Virus record (IMG/VR): IMGVR_UViG_3300046170_000273
Location: 1-58,740 of that record
Length of the DNA: 58,740 nt
Source of the DNA: a virus
Lineage: Duplodnaviria; Caudoviricetes
Direction: 5' to 3' (one strand)
Below are positions 1 to 10,035 of this stretch, piece after piece. The notes under the pieces are model-generated. The model was not told the DNA's origin. It was given only the letters and a program-made list of their open reading frames with translations, and did not search any database. The first letter of the stretch is position 1, and each line of letters starts with the position of its first letter. A program made the position numbers and the translations under genes.

Positions 1-214
1 GAGATCGTTCTATTGTATCTTCTGCTAAAATAATTCCACCTTTAGTTTTTTCTTTTTGTTTAAAAGGTAAAACTAAAATTCTCCAACCTGTAGGTTCTGG
101 TAATTTTGAATCTTCGTTAATTTCTTTTTTCTTTTCTGATTCAACACCAACGAGAGTCTTATTTGGTAGGACTATCTTTTCCTTTGATGCTGATAATTGT
201 TCCTTCACTGTCAT
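1..214 (-). CDS. groES: Co-chaperonin GroES, N-terminal part (continues across the window end at 58740)
   Basis: AAGGAG SD, then ATG at 214: MTVKEQ...LPEPTGWRILVLPFKQKEKTKGGIILAEDTIERS. PxGxRILV and KTKGGIIL are GroES motifs. 71 codons + 1 nt joins 58740 in frame. Confidence 0.9.
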   Translation of the reverse strand, partial: MTVKEQLSASKEKIVLPNKTLVGVESEKKKEINEDSKLPEPTGWRILVLPFKQKEKTKGGIILAEDTIERS

Positions 215-392
215 TTTGCTCCTTTGTTTTTAGCAGGGTGGATATTTCCTGTAATAAATACTGATAAGTTCGTATTTGTCCTAACATATACTGGTATTTT
301 TCCATATTGTCAACACCACCGGAAGTCATTGCAACTACGACATCATCATGTCTCATTTTAATTATTCTTCTAATTTTTTCTACAAAATCCAT
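159..392 (-). CDS. Conserved hypothetical phage protein (upstream of GroES)
   Basis: 77-aa ORF, SD, TAATG coupling to the previous gene. Confidence 0.75.
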   Translation of the reverse strand: MDFVEKIRRIIKMRHDDVVVAMTSGGVDNMEKYQYMLGQIRTYQYLLQEISTLLKTKEQNDSEGTIISIKGKDSPTK

Positions 393-619
393 TATAGACT
401 ATCTCCTTTCTCAGGTTCAAACTCATCTAACACATCTAGCTTTTCTTTTGCATTAGCTATTTTTTCAACCTGCTTATTTACTTCATCTAAATGTTGAGGG
501 TGTTCTCCGATACCTACTGAATGATCTAAAAAGATATTTGCAGTCGCGTCTGCTTCCGCAATTTCAGCTTCGTATCTGGCTCTTAGTGCGTCTAGTATTG
601 ATCGTCTTAACATTTCCAT
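392..619 (-). CDS. Hypothetical phage protein
   Basis: 75-aa ORF with VGIGEH motif, in the late operon. Confidence 0.75.
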   Translation of the reverse strand: MEMLRRSILDALRARYEAEIAEADATANIFLDHSVGIGEHPQHLDEVNKQVEKIANAKEKLDVLDEFEPEKGDSL

Positions 620-894
620 CTCCGTCTAGCCTGACGGATTCTGGAATTTGGATCGTTTCTTGTTTTTGCTGATGACCTTTTTAATTGTCCTAGTGATCTA
701 GCGCAGTATGATTTCCTACGATTAGCAGCTTTTGATCCAGGCTTCACTTTTCCTGTCACGGCTGTTTTTAGTTTACTTCCAGGGTTTGCTCTTCTATAGG
801 CAGCGACACCTGCTTTAGTCATGCCTGCTCCAGACTTTGTAGATCTGTAGTTCTTTTTATTTTTTGAAATAGGGTTTTCTTTTCTAGTAGCCAT
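607..894 (-). CDS. Small highly basic protein (K/R-rich; RRKSYCARS...RRRWKC)
   Basis: 95-aa ORF, TAATG coupled, very basic. Confidence 0.8.
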   Translation of the reverse strand: MATRKENPISKNKKNYRSTKSGAGMTKAGVAAYRRANPGSKLKTAVTGKVKPGSKAANRRKSYCARSLGQLKRSSAKTRNDPNSRIRQARRRWKC

Positions 895-1169
895 TATACT
901 CTACCTCCAAACGCCATTCGTTTTCTTTTTGCAAACGTTGCAACGTTAGTAGGTTTTCCTCCAGGATTACCTGCAGCTCTCTTTCGTTTGACAGCAGAGG
1001 CCTTTTGCCCTTTTGTCATCCGTGTGGCTTTTGCAAGTGGGACGCATTTTGGATATTTTCTTTTGCTCCCTTTCGATCGACCGCAAGGTTGATACTTGCC
1101 GTTCTTCTTCGGAGCTCCGATGTCCACCCATTTCTCTTTGACCCATTTTCTTAGACCACCTTCAGCCAT
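894..1169 (-). CDS. Small highly basic protein ending in MAFGGRV
   Basis: 91-aa ORF, LRKWVKEKWVDI and YPKCVP motifs. Confidence 0.8.
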   Translation of the reverse strand: MAEGGLRKWVKEKWVDIGAPKKNGKYQPCGRSKGSKRKYPKCVPLAKATRMTKGQKASAVKRKRAAGNPGGKPTNVATFAKRKRMAFGGRV

Positions 1170-1318
1170 TATTTTCTCTTGGATTTTTTCTTCTTTTTTC
1201 CACCTGGTTTTATTTTACCAGAACATACAGCAGAGCCGTACATATTCGCGTAAGCACTAGGATAAACCTTGAACTTACGTTTTGCTGCTGCTTTACCTTT
1301 TGCACAAAGTTTAGCCAC
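1169..1318 (-). CDS. Small basic protein (GTG start; YPSAYAN motif)
   Basis: GGGAG SD before GTG at 1318: MAKLCAKGKAAAKRKFKVYPSAYAN... Confidence 0.7.
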   Translation of the reverse strand: MAKLCAKGKAAAKRKFKVYPSAYANMYGSAVCSGKIKPGGKKKKKSKRK

Positions 1319-1427
1319 AGACTTTTCTCCCTTTTTTGTAACCCATTCGTTTTGCAACTTGTGGAGCTACTTTTTTAAGTTTTCTTATTCCTTTTCCTTT
1401 TTTACCCTTAGGTAATGGTTTTGTCAT
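1311..1427 (-). CDS. 38-aa basic peptide (not in ORF track)
   Basis: AAGGAG SD, ATG 1427: MTKPLPKGKKGKGIRKLKKVAPQVAKRMGYKKGRKVCG. Confidence 0.65.
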   Translation of the reverse strand: MTKPLPKGKKGKGIRKLKKVAPQVAKRMGYKKGRKVCG

Positions 1428-1435
1428 AAGTCTCC

Positions 1436-1756
1436 TTATTTCTTTTTACTTCTATTTGCTTTTCTTCTTACAGCTGCTTTTTTACCTTTAACGATTCTTC
1501 CACCTTTTTTCGCCATGATACCAAATCCAAAAGGTTGAGATCTGTCATACTCTGAAAGATCAAACCCTAATTCGTTTGCGTTCATCATTTTGTTTCCTGT
1601 TTTCCCAATCATTGAATTAAGAAAACCATCGTTAGCATCTGCAGAGTTAAGCATAGCTTTTCTAGCTCTGTTATTCATAAATGCTTTTCCTAGTCCAGCG
1701 ATCGCTGCACCGGCACCAAGCATCTTAAGAGCTTTTTTAAGTTTTTTACTTGCCAT
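1436..1756 (-). CDS. Basic putative internal virion protein with MAKKGG tag
   Basis: 106-aa ORF, AAGGAG SD. Confidence 0.75.
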   Translation of the reverse strand: MASKKLKKALKMLGAGAAIAGLGKAFMNNRARKAMLNSADANDGFLNSMIGKTGNKMMNANELGFDLSEYDRSQPFGFGIMAKKGGRIVKGKKAAVRRKANRSKKK

Positions 1757-1766
1757 TTTTATCTCC

Positions 1767-2152
1767 TTATTTTTTTCCGTTACGGAAAATTTGTGTTCCC
1801 TTTATACCATAAATACTCGCAACTACAAGGATCCATAAATTAGTGAACCATGAAGGGAGCTGCGAGAACATCTCGAAGAACAATTTTACCTTGTCCATAG
1901 CAGTCGGATCGTCCGATACCACTGCCCAGGCCAAAATCATGACGGGCGTCGAGAGAATTATCAAGAACTGCCTCGTCCTTCCAATCCGATTGTCTAGCTT
2001 CAAGTAGTTTTCCCTTGGTAAGCTTCCTCACCTCGGGCCATCTTAGATGCATGCATAAGCTGTGCATCTGACATTGCCATTTTCGTTCTCTGCTTGTTAG
2101 CATAAATCTTACTTCCAGCAGAAACGGCTAATTTAATTGCCGATAACCACAT
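1767..2152 (-). CDS. Holin-like two-TM membrane protein, split by two +1 indels (probable sequencing errors)
   Basis: Joined frames give MWLSAIKLAV...QSDWKDEAVLIILSTPVMILAW...LWILVVASIYGIKG. Span 386 nt = 128 codons + 2. Confidence 0.65.
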
Positions 2153-2155
2153 GAT

Positions 2156-2347
2156 TTAGTACCAATCTGCTTTGCTTTTCTTTTCTGCAAGCATTGCTCT
2201 TTGACCTTTTACCTGAACTGACTGAGTTTCTGTTGGATTTGAAACTTCAACCTCAACTCCTCCATTTGGTAAACCGTCTTTGTTCAAGAACATGTCATGA
2301 TCTACATGAGTCATGCCTGCGTGACTGTTTTTTTTATTTTTTTTCAT
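2156..2347 (-). CDS. Hypothetical virion-module protein
   Basis: 63-aa ORF directly downstream of portal, AGAGGAG SD. Confidence 0.7.
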   Translation of the reverse strand: MKKNKKNSHAGMTHVDHDMFLNKDGLPNGGVEVEVSNPTETQSVQVKGQRAMLAEKKSKADWY

Positions 2348-2349
2348 AT

Positions 2350-4866
2350 TTATTCTCCTCTGTTTCTGATTATAGCTATATTTCCAGGCATTTCATCCAT
2401 TTTCGGTGCCGAAGGTATAGTTTTACTCAAAATTGTTTTCTCAATAGACGTATTAGCTCTTAATTTAGCTAATTCTTCGTTTTGTTCAAGTTTATCTTCT
2501 TGATTTCCTTGGTTCATCATAGCTTTTGACTTATCTAAGTTTATTCTTTGATCAGCTTGATCGTGTTTTTGTTGATTGTCCATAGCTCTAAGGTCTAATT
2601 CTCTTGCTTTTAGTTTAGCAATTGGATCATTTCCAAAATCACCCATGATTTTACTCTCTTCATCCTTAAATTCTTGTGTCATATCAGCAATTAATTTAGC
2701 TTTTCTTGCTTCAATAGCCATACTTAACTGCATAATTTGTTGTTGAACTTGTGGATTCTGTCCTACGTCTGGATTTTGTTGAGCCATTTGTTGTAATTGC
2801 ATTAATTGTTGTATCTCATCTCTAAATTCTATTTCTAATTGCTCTTGTGCCATTAAAGAAATGTGTTCAAAAATGTTTTTTTGTAATGCACCCATAATTA
2901 CTGGATTATTTTTTACCATATTAGTTGCCATGAAATTTAAGTGCGAAGTAATGTGTGCTCTGTGATCTTGACCTTTGAATGCTTGGAAAGGTTTACCACT
3001 CATTGCCATAATATTTTCTGCCGCTGGATCCATTGGCATTGGTTGTTGAGGTGGTGGTAAAATTTTATCAATATTTTTTACACCAATTGCAGTGTACATA
3101 TCTCTGTATGCTTCATACATATTATGCATTCCAGGATTTGACATTGCAAGTTGTAGTTCAGTTTGAGCCAAACTAATTCTTTGTGATTGTGAAAATATAT
3201 TTGGATCAGCTATAGGCATGATGTCTACTTTCTCATCAAAGTCTGCAACTTTAATATTTCGTTGTCCACCAATAACATCATAAGGATATTCTGGTGGTAA
3301 ATACGTTTTGAAGACATCTGATAATAAAACAAATTCTTTTTTTAATGCCACATACAATCTTTTATGTATGGCTGACATGACCCTGGAGCCTCGCTCTAAG
3401 AGGGCAATGGTCGTTCCAACAGCTGCCTGCTGGTTGCCGTCACCGACCTGCATGTCAGCTATGGCGGCAAATCGTTGACCTGCGTTTACTACGATGCCCA
3501 TCAGTTGTAATAATGTTGCTGATGGTTCTTTGAAAGGTAAAGGCATAAATGCGTCTCTAATGTTTCCGCCAGGTGCATCTACGTCTCTAAACTCTCCAGG
3601 TTGAATCGATTGCGCTTCATCTCTAACACGAATACCTCTTTGCTTAAATCCAGCCGGCATATTTGAAAATGTACCAGCATCTAATAATTGTCTAAGTGCA
3701 TTCGTTGCAGTTCTTGATAATCCACCGATCATGTGGATTAAGCCAAAACCATAAAACCCTAAACCCGGTAAAAATTTAAAATGTGCAAAGTATTCAATTT
3801 TATTTCTTAGTGGGTCTTCAGCTTTATAATTTCTTCTTATAGATAAAACTTCTCTTGACGATGTATCAATTGTTACAATGTATGGAAGTTTTATTCCTGT
3901 TGGGTTTTGTTCCATGTCTTTATCTTCAAAACCTTCAAGATCAAGATTAGTGTGTATTTCTAGAATAGTGAACATTTGTTCATCTCTAGTTTTTTTAACT
4001 CCTTCTAATTCTCTTTCTTTTTTATCTACTTCTGTTTCTTGAGAATAACCAGGTGTGATTTCTATGTCTCTATAAAAACCAGCTACTTGTTTTTTTCTTA
4101 AGTCGTTTTCTGACATTTTTAAAACATGCACAATTGATTCTGCATCTTCTAAAGATGTGGCTGTGTAAGGTACTATCAAATCATCTGCCGGAACAAATTT
4201 AGACACGGCTCTGCCAAGCAGTTCATCGTAATAAACTTTCTTGAATGCAGAGCCGCTAAGAGGGAGATAAAAAAGTAACTGATCGAACTCGGGTTCATAC
4301 TCTTTCATCACGTTCATGAGTTGATAGTTCATGAAATTTTTTACTCTCGTAGCTTGGTCTTCTTTTTGTCTATTGATCACACCCATAATTTGAGTGTGTA
4401 CTGGACCATTTGCTGGAAGTAATTCTTTGTAAGCATGTGCTTGAAACTGTGTTACCGCTTCAGCTAATACTGGGTGTGTTGCACCACTTGCATTTGTAAA
4501 CGGTTGTGATCTGTTTTCGTATTTAAATCCTAATAAATCTAAACCTTTAGTGTAAGCATCTTCCCAATCTTTTCTCGATGCTTTGTACTGCATATAGTTT
4601 TCATAAAGTTCAGAACCTAAAGTACCTAAAACATCCTCTGGTAATAGGTCTGCTAAATTATCAAAATGTTCGTTTGTACCTGGTTGGTTTATGGCTTCTG
4701 GATCAAAAGTAATAGTAGCTCCACCATCTTCGTCTTGTTCAACTTGAACATCTTCGGGTCCAACCTGTTCTTCGATATTCTCTTGAGATGCTTCTGCGAT
4801 CTCTTCTTCGCTAGGTAATTTTATTTCCTGCTCTACGTTGGGTAAAGCTTTGTCTATATCTGCCAT
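2350..4866 (-). CDS. Portal protein (P22-like podovirus type)
   Basis: 838 aa; HPVLAEAVTQFQA, SAFKKVYYD, FLPGLGFYGFG, Q-rich C-terminal barrel; near terL. Confidence 0.92.
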   Translation of the reverse strand: MADIDKALPNVEQEIKLPSEEEIAEASQENIEEQVGPEDVQVEQDEDGGATITFDPEAINQPGTNEHFDNLADLLPEDVLGTLGSELYENYMQYKASRKDWEDAYTKGLDLLGFKYENRSQPFTNASGATHPVLAEAVTQFQAHAYKELLPANGPVHTQIMGVINRQKEDQATRVKNFMNYQLMNVMKEYEPEFDQLLFYLPLSGSAFKKVYYDELLGRAVSKFVPADDLIVPYTATSLEDAESIVHVLKMSENDLRKKQVAGFYRDIEITPGYSQETEVDKKERELEGVKKTRDEQMFTILEIHTNLDLEGFEDKDMEQNPTGIKLPYIVTIDTSSREVLSIRRNYKAEDPLRNKIEYFAHFKFLPGLGFYGFGLIHMIGGLSRTATNALRQLLDAGTFSNMPAGFKQRGIRVRDEAQSIQPGEFRDVDAPGGNIRDAFMPLPFKEPSATLLQLMGIVVNAGQRFAAIADMQVGDGNQQAAVGTTIALLERGSRVMSAIHKRLYVALKKEFVLLSDVFKTYLPPEYPYDVIGGQRNIKVADFDEKVDIMPIADPNIFSQSQRISLAQTELQLAMSNPGMHNMYEAYRDMYTAIGVKNIDKILPPPQQPMPMDPAAENIMAMSGKPFQAFKGQDHRAHITSHLNFMATNMVKNNPVIMGALQKNIFEHISLMAQEQLEIEFRDEIQQLMQLQQMAQQNPDVGQNPQVQQQIMQLSMAIEARKAKLIADMTQEFKDEESKIMGDFGNDPIAKLKARELDLRAMDNQQKHDQADQRINLDKSKAMMNQGNQEDKLEQNEELAKLRANTSIEKTILSKTIPSAPKMDEMPGNIAIIRNRGE

Positions 4867-4975
4867 TATTTTTCTCCGAGTTCTTCACCACTATAATCTT
4901 TTTTTCAGGAACATTCAACCCCTGTGGGTTTGGTCCTCGAAGTGGTGGTATCGTCGTTGTTAGTTTTTTAATCAT
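4811..4975 (-). CDS. 54-aa peptide with PPLRGPNPQGL motif (not in ORF track)
   Basis: ATG overlaps the end of 4968..7217; ORF runs into the portal start. Confidence 0.5.
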   Translation of the reverse strand: MIKKLTTTIPPLRGPNPQGLNVPEKKIIVVKNSEKNNGRYRQSFTQRRAGNKIT

Positions 4976-7217
4976 CAAATAAGTCCATACCTTGTATCAC
5001 TGCAGAAGCTGCAAATCCACCTATTCCTGCTCTAGATAATAATCTTAATGCTGGTCCACGTAAACCTAATCTAGCTACCTTTTGAAGAGTTGGATTTAAT
5101 CCTCTAGTTAATTTTGGTGTTTGATCTGCAAATGCTGGATACAAATAGTTTAATGGATCTGTTGCTATATCTGTAAATGAGTCTCCTTCTGCAACTTGAC
5201 TAGCAATATCTCCAGCTGCAAAAGGTGCGAGTAGTGCAGGTGATGCTGCAATTCCAAGTCCTCTTCCTAAAACTCTTAAACCTGTTTTTGTTATACCTGG
5301 TCTTGGTTTTTTCTTTTCAATACCAAAAGCTCTAGACTTACTAGCTTTAATTGTTGATGGTGCAGCGAGTGCTGTTGACCCTGCAAGTGTTGCACCTAAT
5401 GCAGGTAATTGATAATCTAATATTGCAGGTCTTTCTATATCGATAGAAACAGGGTTTGTTGCCATATCAACCAACATATTTTTTTGTTGATCTTCATTTG
5501 ATAAATAAGTTGTTGGATCATCATTACTAAATGCTTTGACAAATCCTACAGCCGCTCCAACACCGGCACCGATACCAAATGTTTTTGGACCAGGTCCTTT
5601 TAAAAAATTTAAAAAACCTGTTGCTGCTTGTTTAAACTTACCTATCTTACTTGCATCATTTGCAAATTTTTTAGGGTTTTCTTGTATAGCTTCTTCGACA
5701 GCGTCGACACAACTTACAGTTCCCCCATTTGCTTTTTTAGTTCTAACAATTTTACATATAGGTCCGTTTGCTGCCGCATCTTCTCTTACATCAGAAAAAA
5801 GTTTGTAAGGATCTGTATCAAAACCTAATTGTTTTAGATTCTGCGATACTTTGGTTATTTCACCTTTTGGAATATTAGCCTGAGCTTCTTGAACTGCTTT
5901 AGCATTTTCCATAAAAAAATATCTATCAATAGGATTAGGTATTATTTTATCTATTGCTTTTATATTACCTCTAAAATTTTTTGGTGATACCTCCTGTATA
6001 CTTTTACCTTCAAAAAGACCAAAAGGGTCGATTGTTTTTGAAGAATCTAATCCTAAGCTATATATTTTTCTTGTAACAGGTTCTTCTACTTTAAAACTTT
6101 TATAACCTTTAGTTGCATAAGCAACAGCCGCTCCTTTATCATTAATTTTGTTTATTTTATCAATATATCCTTTTGGTTTATTTTTAAAAAGTTTGTCTCT
6201 TTCTTTGTAGAGTTGATTTAAATAAGGGTCTACGTTTTTTAATATTTCTTGATTTATTTGTTGAGGAGAATAACCAAGTGTTTGAAATTTAACCACCTGA
6301 CTTCCTAGGTCGTCCATGTGGGATAATTGAGATTCTTTACTGCCTTCCATAGCTCTTTCAAAAGCAGGAACACTAAATTTTTTAATTTTTTTCTTCCTAA
6401 CCTCTTGAACTTTTTTTGCAGACTCTTCTGGGTTAAAACCTTTTTCTTCTCTGTATTCTTTAACTAATGCAGCGGGAATTGCTTTTATGGTTTTTTCATT
6501 GATTAATTTAGAAACTAGTTTACGAACTCTCGACTCTTGAGTTGATGCCGGTAAATCAGGATAAAGTTTTTTACCCATCGTTTCACCCTTTAGTTTTCCA
6601 TAATTTTCTTTTACATATTTTAAAGATTCTGCATCTTCTAAATATGAAATATTAGGAGTGAGTGCACTATAACTTGTATTGTTATCTCTTAAAAGTTTTG
6701 CAATAGGTCTTGTGCTGGATTTATATGTTTCTGCTATTTCTTCTAATGTATCACCAGCTATAATTTTATTTTTAATTTTTTGTAAATCACCTTTTGGAAT
6801 TTTAGTGTTAGCATCGTATTTTGCTTTTTTTGCATCAGCCTGTGCAGCTAGTGCTTCTTTTTCTGAAGCAAAATATTCTATACTTGCTTTTGCTTTACCC
6901 TCCCCTCTTGTACTTCCAGATTTTTTATATCTCCAAGGTTTTTTTGGATCAGGTGGGTTTGCAACTTTTTTAACAGCAGGATCAAGGGCTCCTTGTTTTT
7001 TTATTTTATCTTGAATAATTTTATCTGTTTTTTTAACCCACTCATCTCTTTCTTTTTTAGCTATTTTTAATCCCGTAGGTGTGAAATCAAAATATTGTTT
7101 TTTTCCTGGAGCTCCTGTTCTCGATCCTCTAATAACATATTTTTTAGTTCCACTTGGATATGTGGCTTCGTATAGATATGGTTCGCCTTCTATTTTTTTA
7201 AAAACTGGTTGAGCCAT
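4968..7217 (-). CDS. Large putative internal/ejected protein: basic DNA-binding-like N-half, hydrophobic Gly/Ala C-half
   Basis: 749 aa between terL and portal; AP2-like and HTH-like segments; KANGG at the domain junction. Confidence 0.7.
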   Translation of the reverse strand: MAQPVFKKIEGEPYLYEATYPSGTKKYVIRGSRTGAPGKKQYFDFTPTGLKIAKKERDEWVKKTDKIIQDKIKKQGALDPAVKKVANPPDPKKPWRYKKSGSTRGEGKAKASIEYFASEKEALAAQADAKKAKYDANTKIPKGDLQKIKNKIIAGDTLEEIAETYKSSTRPIAKLLRDNNTSYSALTPNISYLEDAESLKYVKENYGKLKGETMGKKLYPDLPASTQESRVRKLVSKLINEKTIKAIPAALVKEYREEKGFNPEESAKKVQEVRKKKIKKFSVPAFERAMEGSKESQLSHMDDLGSQVVKFQTLGYSPQQINQEILKNVDPYLNQLYKERDKLFKNKPKGYIDKINKINDKGAAVAYATKGYKSFKVEEPVTRKIYSLGLDSSKTIDPFGLFEGKSIQEVSPKNFRGNIKAIDKIIPNPIDRYFFMENAKAVQEAQANIPKGEITKVSQNLKQLGFDTDPYKLFSDVREDAAANGPICKIVRTKKANGGTVSCVDAVEEAIQENPKKFANDASKIGKFKQAATGFLNFLKGPGPKTFGIGAGVGAAVGFVKAFSNDDPTTYLSNEDQQKNMLVDMATNPVSIDIERPAILDYQLPALGATLAGSTALAAPSTIKASKSRAFGIEKKKPRPGITKTGLRVLGRGLGIAASPALLAPFAAGDIASQVAEGDSFTDIATDPLNYLYPAFADQTPKLTRGLNPTLQKVARLGLRGPALRLLSRAGIGGFAASAVIQGMDLFDD

Positions 7218-8395
7218 TAGACCTCCAGGATCTTAGCTAAGCCACCACCTCTGAAAAGACCTTTCTCTCTTAATAGATCATCAATCTTATCTTTCAATGC
7301 TGGATCGCTGTCTGGATTTTTGAAAAACTTATATAGGTTTTTAAAATTTTTATTTGAACCTGCTTCACCACCTAAGTGTTTGAAGATTGCCGTCTTTTGT
7401 GCAGCTGTATATAAGCCTCTTACAATATTACCTGCACTATAACCTGGTCTTGCTAAACCACCATCTGCAAATTCAAAGTCATCTACCATTTCAGGATTAA
7501 ACGCTCTATCGGTAATTGTGTTACCTCTTGCGTCTTTTATCTTAACTAAATTTTCTGCAAAAGTTTGAATGTCGTCTGCGTTATCTAATTGTGCAACTGA
7601 CGATGCAACTTTGGGTCCAAAATATTTTTGTACTAATAACATAGGGTCGCCCATACCACCGCCACCACCTTCAGTCATAAATTTAAAATCATCTGCTTCC
7701 ATAATAGTAGACAATGATGGTCCACCTGGATTTGTTGGATCTTCTAAATCTTTTATTCTATTTAAAAACTCTCTAGCATTTGCTCTTGCAACAGGTTGAG
7801 CATTTGCTGATACACCGATATTTAAATAAATTTTATCTACAATATCATTTACAATTAAATTATTATTCTTAACATTTTTGATTGACTCAAGTCCTTCACC
7901 TGTAAATGGCGCTGCAATATCATCTGGTCCACCACGTGAACCTGGAGGTGGTAGATCATCTATCATACTTGATGGTAAGATTGTATCTCTTGGATCAACA
8001 CCTTCTGGTAAATCTACTTTTGATCTTAAAGACGCTAATCCTTCTTGATCTAAGTTTCTAGTTCTTGTCGCCATGTCTGTAATGTTTGCTGGCGCTGCAG
8101 ATGGAAAGTAAACTTCATCCATCTTCTGCATATTTTTTAAAAGCTGACCTGCTTGTATGTCATTCAGTTTACCTGATACAGCATAGCCAACAGAACTTTT
8201 TAATTCATCGACTGCTTTCGATCTTGGTAATACACCTAATGCTTCTGCGTTAATGTCCATGTCCAACATCAACTCTGGAGACTTACCCTTTCCTAAAAAA
8301 TTTACATTTGTTTTAGTCCCCATAACTTCATTTAAGTTTCCACCTAACTTTTTGTATAAAGCTAAAACTGCATCTAATGTTTGTTTCCTAGCCAT
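7217..8395 (-). CDS. Putative internal virion protein with FADGG and FRGGG tags
   Basis: 392 aa, overlaps the terL stop. Confidence 0.75.
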   Translation of the reverse strand: MARKQTLDAVLALYKKLGGNLNEVMGTKTNVNFLGKGKSPELMLDMDINAEALGVLPRSKAVDELKSSVGYAVSGKLNDIQAGQLLKNMQKMDEVYFPSAAPANITDMATRTRNLDQEGLASLRSKVDLPEGVDPRDTILPSSMIDDLPPPGSRGGPDDIAAPFTGEGLESIKNVKNNNLIVNDIVDKIYLNIGVSANAQPVARANAREFLNRIKDLEDPTNPGGPSLSTIMEADDFKFMTEGGGGGMGDPMLLVQKYFGPKVASSVAQLDNADDIQTFAENLVKIKDARGNTITDRAFNPEMVDDFEFADGGLARPGYSAGNIVRGLYTAAQKTAIFKHLGGEAGSNKNFKNLYKFFKNPDSDPALKDKIDDLLREKGLFRGGGLAKILEV

Positions 8396-9854
8396 AGTAT
8401 TCTAACCTACTTCTATCTGGTAGCGGTTCATCTTGATATGCATCTTTGTTACGAACCATGCCACCTTGTTTAATACGCATGATTGCCTGTGTTGTAGAGT
8501 CGACATAGTCATCGTGATCTCCAAACGGAAATGATGCGCACTCTTCCACAACCTCTTGAGCAAAATGTTCGTGCATAGGAGCCCAAATCATTCCCATCTC
8601 AAAAAGAGGTGCTACTGAGTTTACTCTAGCATGTTTATCATTTCCTCGGCTCGGCGTAAAGTTAATTACTGGAATTCCCATATCCCTCAATTCTGCTGTC
8701 AGAGGGATACCAGAGGCTTTGGCCTCCACGATCACCATGTCAGGACGCCAGTATAGATACTCTTCATGAGCAACTTTTCTAAGTTCTGGAAACTCATAAC
8801 GATCTTTAAAAGCATTGAGTAATATTATATTGGCTCTACCATCATCATCTTTGAAGACTCCCCACGTTGTAATAGCTGAAAAGTCGGCAGATTCTTTTTT
8901 AAGAAAAGCAGTATCGTAAGACTGAAGTATAAAATCACAGCTTGGTGGATTCTTATGTGTCCAATCTTGCCACCAGTCTCGTTTTAATATTGCACCTTCT
9001 TCAGCTGTTGGCTGTTGCATATACTGAGCATTCCAGTTGTTAACGGGAATAGATGCTTTGGTTTTCTCTAATTCATCCTTGGTCCAGTATTCCGGCCACA
9101 CGGGCTTTCCATCAGGAAGCAGGGCAGGTAGTTCTACAACTTCCCATTGATCAGAGTTCTCTTCTCCCTGAGCCTTGATTAATTGTCCAGTTATGTCCTT
9201 GGTACTCCAACGTGTCATAACCACCACGATACGACCTCCTGGTTGTAAACGTTGACGTGGACCTGATGTATACCAGTTCCATGCTTTATCAAACGACTTA
9301 CTATCTTTTTTAATATCTTGTTCTTTGTGTGGATCATCAATGATTAAAAGATCAGCACCACGACCTGTGATTGCTCCACCAACACCGGCTGCGAAGTATT
9401 CTCCTCCCTGTTCCGTTTTCCATTTACCAGCGGCTTGGGAGTCCTCCATCAATCTAGTGTCGAATAGTTGTTTGTAATTGGGTTGATCTACTAGGTTCTT
9501 GGTCTTACGGCCAAAGTCTATTGCTAGATCTGCCGTGTGTGTTGCTTGAATGATCTTTAACCGGGGATCGAGGCCAACCATCCATGCCGGGAGTAAGTAT
9601 GAGGCAAACTCCGACTTCGTGTGTCTTGGCGGCATGTTAATGATTAGTCTTTTAATTTTCCCGCTAGCGAGATCATTAAATTTTTTATTAATTTTTTTGT
9701 GATGAGAACCTTCAATAAACTCAGGCCAAACATACTTAACGAAGCTCAAAAAGTCTTTTTTGATTTTGGGTCTGGCTTTATCTAATTCTACACTCTTTTC
9801 TAGATCCAGAAGTCGTGCTCTTTCGTCTGGAGTCAATCCTGAAAAATTTTCCAT
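8388..9854 (-). CDS. terL: Terminase large subunit
   Basis: Walker A variant MPPRHTKS, GAITGRGADLLIIDDP (Walker B), VMTRW, nuclease DTA and HDDYVD. Confidence 0.96.
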   Translation of the reverse strand: MENFSGLTPDERARLLDLEKSVELDKARPKIKKDFLSFVKYVWPEFIEGSHHKKINKKFNDLASGKIKRLIINMPPRHTKSEFASYLLPAWMVGLDPRLKIIQATHTADLAIDFGRKTKNLVDQPNYKQLFDTRLMEDSQAAGKWKTEQGGEYFAAGVGGAITGRGADLLIIDDPHKEQDIKKDSKSFDKAWNWYTSGPRQRLQPGGRIVVVMTRWSTKDITGQLIKAQGEENSDQWEVVELPALLPDGKPVWPEYWTKDELEKTKASIPVNNWNAQYMQQPTAEEGAILKRDWWQDWTHKNPPSCDFILQSYDTAFLKKESADFSAITTWGVFKDDDGRANIILLNAFKDRYEFPELRKVAHEEYLYWRPDMVIVEAKASGIPLTAELRDMGIPVINFTPSRGNDKHARVNSVAPLFEMGMIWAPMHEHFAQEVVEECASFPFGDHDDYVDSTTQAIMRIKQGGMVRNKDAYQDEPLPDRSRLEYYG

Positions 9855-9960
9855 AAAATTTTTTATAATATTTTTAATATACCCTATTTTTGAAACCTTG
9901 GCTATAAGAGTCTAAATCTTACATATATGTATGACCTTGGGACCCCTTGTATATTATTAA

Positions 9961-9986
9961 GGGTGGGCCCTCCCTAGTTTTCAAGC
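9961..9986 (+). repeat. GGGTGGGCCCTCCC quasi-palindrome plus CAAGC (left boundary of the cassette region)
   Basis: Same 14-mer at 12367, 13116, 13598; variants at 12381 and 13080. Confidence 0.85.
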
Positions 9987-10035
9987 GAAAAATCAAGATG
10001 TAGTGGTACCTCTATTGGTACACACTAAATGTGGT

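Noticed and set aside
1767-2152. Programmed frameshifting or pseudogene in the holin-like gene
   Set aside because: Two +1 bases in or near short runs, no slippery heptamer; the same pattern recurs across the contig, so sequencing indels are more likely.
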